A DNA stretch of 32,000 bases, from positions 1,260,001 through 1,292,000 of the forward strand of contig OW818675.1 in assembly GCA_942493095.1 (NCBI GenBank), given 5' to 3'. Positions within the stretch are counted from its first letter, which is position 1, and every line of letters starts with the position of its first letter. Below, in pieces: positions 8,869 to 16,180 of the stretch. A model generated the notes under the pieces. That model searched no databases. It was not told where the DNA came from and was given only the letters and a program-made list of their open reading frames with translations. The position numbers and the translations under genes were made by a program. Source of the stretch: Candidatus Electronema halotolerans. Its GTDB lineage: Bacteria > Desulfobacterota > Desulfobulbia > Desulfobulbales > Desulfobulbaceae.

Positions 8869-9987
8869 TCAGCCGAGCCGGTGCATGAGCCAGAGGGCGG
8901 TGTTCAGAGCTGCACCCTGCTGAATCTGCTCGTTAAGCGAACCAGGTGGGATGACGGCTTTTTCCTTGCTGACTGCTTCCATGAGCAGTTGCCAGCTTTT
9001 TCTGAGCAGGGGCGGCAAGGCAAAGGAGGGTGACTCCTCTGCTCTGCCTGCGCCGGGCAGAAGCAGCTCCATGTCCGGCAGGCCGTCTAAATGCTGGGCC
9101 AGCTCTGCGGCTGCATCGACAAAGTCCGACTCTTGCAGCAGCCCGGCAGCATAGAGCGCGTTCATCGGGTTGAGCGGCTGCGCGGCGAGCAGATTTTGCA
9201 GGCCGTTTTGGCTGAGAACCTTGCGTCCATGCAGCAGGCCAAGACGGAGCTGCTCAGTCTGCCGGGCGGCAGGGCTGGCAGGATCAAAACCCTTGCCCAT
9301 CTCGTTCATCAGCACCGCAGCTTCCGGCAGATTGGCCCGCAGCAGCTGCACACCGGGCAGCCAGCCATCTTCAGCCACGGCAAAAATCTGCGTCTGCCAG
9401 CCCGCCAGCGTGAGCACGAACATTTCGTAAATCTCACCCTGCTCCTCCTCGACCCGCAGACAATAGGTGCCGGGGTTCAGTTCCAGATGCAGAACGCATA
9501 ACCGGCTTTCCGCATTGCAGATGCCGTGCTCCGCCTTGGCCATCAGCCCGCCGTCTAAATTATGCAGTGACACGCCCAGCCAAGGTTGGGCAGCAGCTTC
9601 TGTCAGTCCCCTGAGAACAAGAAAGAACTGACTGCCGTTTCCCGCTCGAAAAGGCGCAGTCTTGGCACGGGATAATTCCTGCGCCGCCTCGCCGTGCTCC
9701 TGTCGCCATGTCATGGTCTGGCGCAGGGGAACTGGGCTGGCAAACTGCACTGCCGGGCCGTCAAAGACCTTGACCGCAGCATCTGCCGGCACTTCGATCA
9801 GGCTGTCGCTCTGCACCTGCCCGACCCGGAAGCGGGCCTTGTACAGCCCCGGCGCAACCATCGCCTCAACACTGCCGATTCCGGCGGCAATTTTCTCAAA
9901 GCGGCGGTCCACCAGAAAAACTTCAGTCAGGCTGTCCGCCGCATTGACTCGGAGAGTCACCATGCTCTCAGACTGTGATCCGCTCAT
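8869..9987 (-). CDS. Hypothetical caspase-companion protein
   Basis: Long ORF directly downstream of and overlapping the caspase gene. Short N-terminal stretch resembles the C-terminal stretch of the caspase protein. Start uncertain (10062, 9987 or 9963). Confidence 0.7.
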   Translation of the reverse strand: MSGSQSESMVTLRVNAADSLTEVFLVDRRFEKIAAGIGSVEAMVAPGLYKARFRVGQVQSDSLIEVPADAAVKVFDGPAVQFASPVPLRQTMTWRQEHGEAAQELSRAKTAPFRAGNGSQFFLVLRGLTEAAAQPWLGVSLHNLDGGLMAKAEHGICNAESRLCVLHLELNPGTYCLRVEEEQGEIYEMFVLTLAGWQTQIFAVAEDGWLPGVQLLRANLPEAAVLMNEMGKGFDPASPAARQTEQLRLGLLHGRKVLSQNGLQNLLAAQPLNPMNALYAAGLLQESDFVDAAAELAQHLDGLPDMELLLPGAGRAEESPSFALPPLLRKSWQLLMEAVSKEKAVIPPGSLNEQIQQGAALNTALWLMHRLG

Positions 9988-10978
9988 TGTTCGGCACCTC
10001 GAAAATTTTCTGGCGGCCTGTGCTGCTGACCGCGATTTTATACAGTCCCGGCTCCAGCTCAAGGCTCAGGCTGGCGGCTGAGGCTTTTTCCTGCCGAATT
10101 TCCTTGAAGTCGCCATTGTAGAGCACCAGCGTTTCCGTGCCGCTGTAGGGCTGGAGATCAACCTGCACTGGCAGAGCTGCGGCCTTTTTCCGCTGAAAAA
10201 AGGTGATGTCGCGGTACGAGTCAAGACGGATTTCCGGGGGTTCAATTGTCACATCTCCGGCAAATTTGGCCAGACTGTTATGAATCTGATTTTTCAGCAG
10301 CCCGCCAGTCACGCGGCCCTGCTCATCCGGGCCGGTCACACGCAGGGCATCCAGAACCGCCTTGGTGAAAATGCCTGACTTTCTGCCGTCAGCAAAGCTC
10401 CGCTCTCTGGCCACTTGCCCCCTGCCCACGGCAAAGGCGTAAAAACAGCGCACTTTGTCCGCTGCCGGGCTGCCCGCGCTGACCACATACTGCGGCTCCC
10501 GGATTGAATGCCACGAGTTGACCGTGCGGCAGCAGTCCATGATTAGGACCAGCTCATCAAAGACCGCATGACGGTGCAGCCATTCCACATAATCTGTGAT
10601 TGCAACATGCCAAGGAAACATCCTTTTTGCATTGGCGGCGTAGAGAGCGGTCTGACTGATGTCACCCGGATCGCCAAAGCCGTGCCCGGCGACAAAAATG
10701 TAAAGCCGTTCGCCCTGCCGTCCCTGCACCCCGTTGACAATGAACGGCTCAAACAGGGCCTCGACCTGATTCGGGATCGGTCGGGCTTCTTCAGCAGAAA
10801 AATCTGAGGAGAGGATGCGCCGGATATTGCTTTCCGGCAGATTGCCGCCTGTCGGGTCGCGCAGCCAGGCATAAAAATCTTCCGCATCATTGACCGGCCC
10901 TTTGAGCGGTGCCAAACCGCTCAGAGGATAGTCGTTGATGCCAATGACAATGGCACAATGCTGCTTATTGGACATCAT
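9968..10978 (-). CDS. Caspase-family (peptidase C14/metacaspase-like) protein with C-terminal beta-rich domain
   Basis: HCAIVIGINDYP...LKGPVNDAEDFYAWL...ERLYIFVAGHGFGD (catalytic His)...FDELVLIMDCCRTV (catalytic Cys). Confidence 0.88.
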   Translation of the reverse strand: MMSNKQHCAIVIGINDYPLSGLAPLKGPVNDAEDFYAWLRDPTGGNLPESNIRRILSSDFSAEEARPIPNQVEALFEPFIVNGVQGRQGERLYIFVAGHGFGDPGDISQTALYAANAKRMFPWHVAITDYVEWLHRHAVFDELVLIMDCCRTVNSWHSIREPQYVVSAGSPAADKVRCFYAFAVGRGQVARERSFADGRKSGIFTKAVLDALRVTGPDEQGRVTGGLLKNQIHNSLAKFAGDVTIEPPEIRLDSYRDITFFQRKKAAALPVQVDLQPYSGTETLVLYNGDFKEIRQEKASAASLSLELEPGLYKIAVSSTGRQKIFEVPNNERITV

Positions 10979-11056
10979 CCGGCACCTGTGCTTGAATGGA
11001 AACATGATCAGGCAGGCTCCGGCGCAGTGTTGTCCACGCCGGAGCTGTTCAGCCGC

Positions 11057-12769
11057 TCAGTTGTTGGCCAATTCGATCAGCCGCTCGACAATGGCGGCCA
11101 ACGGCGCGCTGGAGCCGTTGGAAGCGCTTGCCGCTGCGGACTGCCAGTTTGCAGGCACTGCCTGTCCCTCGGCCCAGGAGCCGCCCGGTTCGTAGGAAGT
11201 CCGCGCCCGGTCGCCCGGCCCCGGAGTCCAGAGGAAGTCAGGATGGCGGTTCAGGTACCATTCTCCGCCAATGATCTTGCCGGAGAAATCCAGCTCCAGA
11301 TCATAGTAATAGCGGACTGTGTCAATCGCATCCGCAGCCGAGCTGTCAACCGTGCTCTGGCTGGGCGCAGTCTCGACCGTGTAGGAGACATCCATAGCAA
11401 TGCCGACCATGCTGTCTGTCTGCGGGCTGCGGTACTTGGCAAAACGGTCATTGCTGAAGCTGCTCTTGGACACCGTGGCCTCTGCCAGACTGTTGCGGTA
11501 CACCATTTCCTTGGGATTGAAATAGTAGTAGCGGTAGCCGACCATGGGCTGGTTCCAGACTTCGTAGTCAAAAGTCGCGTCAATGACCATGCTCCGCCCG
11601 GATGCGCCGATCTGATTGACCACGGCCAGATGCCAGGTGCCGGGATTGGTGTCAAAGCAGCGGTCAGAGAGAATCCGCTTGTTCTGCGGATCAGTCGGCG
11701 GATTTGTTTCATTGCAGCGGCCGCCGATGAATTTGACTTGGGGGCTGACTTTAGCCCAGAGCAAGGAGGCCAGTCCTTTGATGTCAGACGGATAAAAGGT
11801 CAGCCATGTTTGCCCGTCCGCAGCCAGGACTTTGACGGATTTTTGGGGCCGGGCCAGCATGTAGGCGGCTGTCGCCCAGCCGTGGCAGATGCCCATCCAA
11901 GCGGCCACGGAGCCGGATTGTCTGTGATAATATTCACCCTCAGCCCACATTTTTTTGGTCAGGGTGTAGTTGCTGTCGCCGACTAAGATGTCATATTTTT
12001 CCGAAGGCGAAAGCAGATCAATGGCCGCTGCATCGCCGCTGGCCAAAATGCTGGCTGCCGGACGGCTTTCAACATAATCGTTGCATTCCTTCCAGTCTAA
12101 TGAATCAGGAAAGCTGGGATCATCATACCGCTTGCCAAGAATGCCCCGGCAGATGGCCCAGTAGTCACAGGACCACGGCGTGTTCCGCAGCCGCACATTC
12201 CGCAGGCCGCTGCTCTCCATGCTTTGCAGACCGGAGTGGCTGAAGGTGTCCACCAAATTGACGGCCTGATCATTGTAATTCCATGCAGCCCGGCCTGCGG
12301 CATCCTCTTCTGATTCAAGAACCAGCTTGCGCTGCTCGTCGCGGGCCTCCACATAGGCCTTTTCCTCAAGCGCGGCCTGATCAAAAGGTGGCTGCGAGAC
12401 CTCGTTCTCTCCGGCCTGCTCCTTCTGCTTGGGCGGCTGCCGGTCCATGAATGCGCCAATATTGTTGACAAAACTCTGCAAATCCGCATTGACCGCCTGT
12501 TCGTCATTCTCAGTCTCAGACCCGGACGCAGCCGCAGCCGGTTTCGGTTCTGCTTCGTGACTGTGCGGATGTTCGTGATCATGATCATGAACATGGTCAT
12601 GCCCGCAGCAGGAATTGCCATGATCATGACTGTGATCAGCAGGTTTGGAGCTGCTGTCACAGCTGCAGCCACAGCTTTTGAAGAAGTTTAACAGAGGGCA
12701 GTTGTGTTTTTTTGACGAGTTGGACATGATCTCCTCCTTGAATTGGATGGTGCTGCCGAAAAACTGCAT
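11057..12769 (-). CDS. Transglutaminase-elicitor-like cysteine enzyme with His/Cys-rich N-terminus
   Basis: GICHGWATAAYMLARP, GTWHLAVVNQIG, SMVIDATFDYEVWNQP (Cys-His-Asp order), LDFSGKIIGGEWYLNRHPDFLWTPG; N-terminal DHSHDHGNSCCGHDHVHDHDHEHPHSHE. Confidence 0.65.
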   Translation of the reverse strand: MQFFGSTIQFKEEIMSNSSKKHNCPLLNFFKSCGCSCDSSSKPADHSHDHGNSCCGHDHVHDHDHEHPHSHEAEPKPAAAASGSETENDEQAVNADLQSFVNNIGAFMDRQPPKQKEQAGENEVSQPPFDQAALEEKAYVEARDEQRKLVLESEEDAAGRAAWNYNDQAVNLVDTFSHSGLQSMESSGLRNVRLRNTPWSCDYWAICRGILGKRYDDPSFPDSLDWKECNDYVESRPAASILASGDAAAIDLLSPSEKYDILVGDSNYTLTKKMWAEGEYYHRQSGSVAAWMGICHGWATAAYMLARPQKSVKVLAADGQTWLTFYPSDIKGLASLLWAKVSPQVKFIGGRCNETNPPTDPQNKRILSDRCFDTNPGTWHLAVVNQIGASGRSMVIDATFDYEVWNQPMVGYRYYYFNPKEMVYRNSLAEATVSKSSFSNDRFAKYRSPQTDSMVGIAMDVSYTVETAPSQSTVDSSAADAIDTVRYYYDLELDFSGKIIGGEWYLNRHPDFLWTPGPGDRARTSYEPGGSWAEGQAVPANWQSAAASASNGSSAPLAAIVERLIELANN

Positions 12770-13024
12770 AATTTGAATCTACTCCAAAATCAGCAGATCG
12801 CCAAGGCATTGCCTGAAAAATATCATAGTTCATCCTTGAGGCGGCTGAAAGGGCCTGCGGCGGCAAAAACAGGAATTTTTTCCGCAATGCGAGGAGGCAA
12901 GAGCGCTGTTCAACCTTGCCCGGATTTCTTAAATCTGGTAAAAGAATCCGCAGGATGACACGGACAGCCTCTTTTGAGAGGTATTTTTATAAAATACAAG
13001 ATGTTGCGTGACAAGCGGCAATAA

Positions 13025-13360
13025 GTGAAATTGACAAATTTTCTTCAAGAAACACAGAATTCATTAAAAAACAACTACCTTGCCGATGACAGGCCGTGGG
13101 TTGTCGCTTTTTCCGGCGGCAAGGACTCGACATTGGTTTTGCAACTTGTTTATGAGATGCTGCTTGAACTTGACGACCAAGCTGTGAAACCAGTGCATAT
13201 CGTCTGTTCAGACACCCGCGTGGAGCCGCCCAATGTTGCTGAATATCTTCACAACAGTCTGCGGCAGCTGGAAGAACATGCAAAGCAATGCCGTTTTCCT
13301 CTCTTTGTTCATATTGTTCAGCCAACACCTGATGAAAGTTTCTGGTTTATTCTGGTTTAA
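13025..13360 (+). pseudogene. dndC: Truncated DndC-like phosphorothioation sulfurtransferase (PAPS-reductase-like N-terminus only)
   Basis: RPWVVAFSGGKDSTLVLQLVYEMLLEL...VHIVCSDTRVEPPNVAEYLHNSL...HIVQPTPDESFWFILV*; a full DndC continues well beyond this point. Confidence 0.75.
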
Positions 13361-13903
13361 TGTGATAGGGAAAGTTGCATGATGGATGGAATTAACAGAT
13401 ATTTTAAATTGTTTTATAATCTCCGGGCGGATACGAGCAAGAGACGATGGTCTGAAGCAACTTGCTGCCGGGCACCGCACAAGCCTCTTTTCTTGCTTTC
13501 TATTTTTGATCTGATAGCATCAGGTGGAATAGTTGACAATTTTATAACGCCTTCGTTTGAACTCTCTGATTCTTTCGCAGCATACTGGTCAGCTGTCATG
13601 CCTCTTGGAAGTACCGGTTTAATGTGTTTGCCATTTTACCATCTTGCCACATCTGGATTTTGGCACCTTATACCGCAGCCAGATATGTTAGATGAACGTG
13701 GCCGTTCTATCAAATCAATGAAGCGTTTTACTTTTTTCTATCAGGGAGCCAAATTTAGTGATGATTTGTTTTTGTTGTTGAAAAACGAGCATTTCTTAGA
13801 AAAGCTGAGAACAATCTTGATTAAAACTTATTTTTCTCCTGATGCTCAGATAGCTTTAGCGAAGCAATCAATAATAAATTTAGAGTCATCGAAATATAGC
13901 TGT

Positions 13904-14090
13904 GTGGATTCAACTCGCAAGTGCAACTTTTTTTGGTTATCCAAAAAGCATAGGTTGGCTGGCACTTTGAATACTTCATGTAAATTTTCAATTATTTTCT
14001 CTTAGTTAGCGACAAAAGCAAAGTTGTGACACTCCCGTAACTGCCTTTTCTTGCAACCAAAAAAAGTTGCACTTGGAACTTGAATTCACC
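13904..14090. mobile_element. MITE-like insertion with long terminal inverted repeats
   Basis: Perfect 21-bp inverted repeat CAAGTGCAACTTTTTTTGGTT at 13918..13938 and 14055..14075, inside imperfect longer arms (ATTCAA at 13908..13913 / TTGAAT at 14080..14085). CTGT occurs on both flanks (13900..13903 and 14091..14094). Confidence 0.72.
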
Positions 14091-14443
14091 CTGTAAAATA
14101 CTTGGGACAAATGAAATAATAAAAAATTATGAATTAACAATAGAAGATGAAGGTGTAAAAAATAAAATTCGGAGTCGAGGATTTCGCAAAGCCATTGTTA
14201 AATTGTATGAGCACCGTTGTGCTCTATGCGGCCTTCGCATCTTGACACCAGAAGGGCATACAGTTGTTGAAGCTGCTCATATTATACCTTGGAGTGCAAG
14301 TAAAAATGATCAACCACAGAACGGCATGGCCTTGTGTCGATTATGTCATTGGTTTTTTGACGAAGGTTTGATGGGAGTAGGAAAGTGTTATGAGATTCTG
14401 ATTTCACCTCTTGTCCGTCAGGGTGACAATTATCCCGGCCATA

Positions 14444-14569
14444 TAGCGGTTATGGGTTGAACGGCTATCAAATATCTTTGCTTTGTCAAAATTTTTGTAT
14501 GTATAAATTCAACAAGTTAAATTAAGCATCAATATATCAGGGTGATCACCATTCGGCGTGTAACCGCTA
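14444..14569. mobile_element. 126-bp MITE related to the IS630 element in this window
   Basis: Ends TAGCGGTTA.../...TAACCGCTA, flanked by TA at 14442..14443 and 14570..14571. First 28 bp match the IS630 left end at about 23/28 positions; other end matches at about 21/27. Excision restores the host ORF. Confidence 0.88.
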
Positions 14570-14837
14570 TATAGAGACTATGACCGGTCGGGGCATTTTA
14601 AAACCTGAGAAAAAGATGTTCTGGCCTGATTTAGAATATTTAGAAATCCATAGAAAAGAAATTTTCAGAAAAAATTGATGTTATAAGACTCAATCATTAA
14701 ATTCATAGTTACTCACTTATCGAAAATCCTTGCAGAGGTATATTTTATAACTCGCCTATTACAAAAAAAATGACGGTCAACCTCCTGATATACGATATGA
14801 ACTGATGCTGACCACTTTTGCCGTCACCGTGTACAAG

Positions 14838-16022
14838 ATGAACCCGCTTTTCCGCCGTTTTAGCGACCAGCTCCATGACCTTGACAGCCAGAACCTGCGC
14901 CGCAGGCTCGTGCCGGTGCGACCTCTTGCCAAAGGACTGATTGAGGTTGACGGCAGGCAGCATCTGAATCTCTCCGGTAACGACTATCTCGGCCTTGGCA
15001 GTGATGCCGTCCTGCTGGATGCGTTTTATGCGCATCTTCATAATGAAGACAGGCTGCAATGCTGCGCTCCGGGCAGCGGCGCATCCCGTCTGCTCACTGG
15101 CAGCCGGGCAAGCTGTCATCAGTTGGAGGACTCGTTGGCGCAGCTTTACGGTAAGGACGGCGCACTGCTCTTCAACTCCGGCTGGCAGCTCAACAGCGGC
15201 CTGCTGCCAGCTTTGCTCCGCAAGGGCGATCTGGTCTTGGCGGACAAACTCTGTCATGCCAGCCTGATCGACGGCCTGCGCCTCTCTGCGGCTAAGGTCA
15301 TCCGCTATCCCCATCTTGATTATGAGCGACTGGAAGAGCTGCTCCGGCAGCACAGCAGCCAGTCCGGCATGATCTTTGTGGTCACGGAATCCATATTTTC
15401 CATGGACGGCGACTGCGCTGACCTGCGGCTGCTGGCAGCCTTGCGGGACAACTACGGGGCCGTGCTCTATGTGGATGAGGCCCATGCGGTCGGAGTGCGC
15501 GGCGAACGCGGCTTGGGCCTGGCTGAAGAGCAGGGTGTCCTTGCGCAGATTGATCTGCTGATCGGCACCTTTGGCAAGGCGTGGGCTGGACAGGGGGCGT
15601 TCGTGGTCGGCAGCCGGATGCTCTGCGATTTTTTGATCAACATGGCCCGTTCCTTTATTTTCACCACCGCCCTGCCGCCGGTCAGCATTGCCTGGCTCAA
15701 CTTCATTCTGCCCAAGATAGTTGCCATGCGTTCCGAGCGGCAGCATCTGGCCAAGCTGGCGGAACAGCTTCGCCGCAGGCTGCACCACCTGAATATTACG
15801 ACTGGCGGCGCAAGCCAGATTGTTCCAGTCCTGCTGGGCGAGGCGGCGGCGGCCCTTGCGGCAGCAGAACGGCTGCGCAGCCAAGGCTGGTGGGTGCAGG
15901 CGGTCAGGCCACCGACCGTGCCGCCCAACACAGCCCGGCTCCGGCTTTCTTTGAGCGCGGCCATGCGCGAGGAGCAGCTGCGCAGCTTGGCCGACCAGCT
16001 TGCCGCCGCAGTCCTTTCCTGA
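14838..16022 (+). CDS. bioF: 8-amino-7-oxononanoate synthase (AONS-family PLP enzyme)
   Basis: LNLSGNDYLGLGSD...GSGASRLLTGS...LEDSLAQLYGKDGALLFNSGWQLN...VTESIFSMDGDCADL...YVDEAHAVGVRGERGLG...GTFGKAWAGQGAFV. Confidence 0.88.
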   Translation: MNPLFRRFSDQLHDLDSQNLRRRLVPVRPLAKGLIEVDGRQHLNLSGNDYLGLGSDAVLLDAFYAHLHNEDRLQCCAPGSGASRLLTGSRASCHQLEDSLAQLYGKDGALLFNSGWQLNSGLLPALLRKGDLVLADKLCHASLIDGLRLSAAKVIRYPHLDYERLEELLRQHSSQSGMIFVVTESIFSMDGDCADLRLLAALRDNYGAVLYVDEAHAVGVRGERGLGLAEEQGVLAQIDLLIGTFGKAWAGQGAFVVGSRMLCDFLINMARSFIFTTALPPVSIAWLNFILPKIVAMRSERQHLAKLAEQLRRRLHHLNITTGGASQIVPVLLGEAAAALAAAERLRSQGWWVQAVRPPTVPPNTARLRLSLSAAMREEQLRSLADQLAAAVLS

Positions 16023-16180
16023 AAATCTGTTTGCCGCCTCCGGAGGGCAGATTCCTCCCCTGCATTTTCTTTCCTGCTATAAATTTCTGTTCATTTCCTG
16101 CAAACTGTTATATTCTTTTTTTGATACAGATCGTTTTGTTGTTATTTGTTCCGCAGCTATTGTAACACGTATTTGGAAAA

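Larger units (their letters stand above)
13379..14678 (+). pseudogene. Phosphorothioated-DNA-binding-type HNH restriction endonuclease, broken by two small insertions
   Basis: N-terminal part 13379..13903 (RAPHKPLFLLSIFDLIASGGI...), central HNH part 14095..14443 (HRCALCGLRIL...EAAHIIPWSASKNDQPQNGMALCRLCHWFFDEGL), C-terminal part 14572..14678 (ETMTGRGILKPEKKMFWPDLEYLEIHRKEIFRKN*). The three parts join in frame: 525+349+107=981 nt=327 codons including stop. Confidence 0.85.

Noticed and set aside
10958-11986. Plus-strand 342-aa ORF opposite the transglutaminase-like gene
   Set aside because: The opposite strand shows coherent Cys-His-Asp motifs; no motif in the plus-strand translation.
14745-15884. 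Minus-strand 379-aa ORF opposite bioF
   Set aside because: The plus strand encodes a well-conserved AONS-type enzyme; the antisense ORF has no family motifs.
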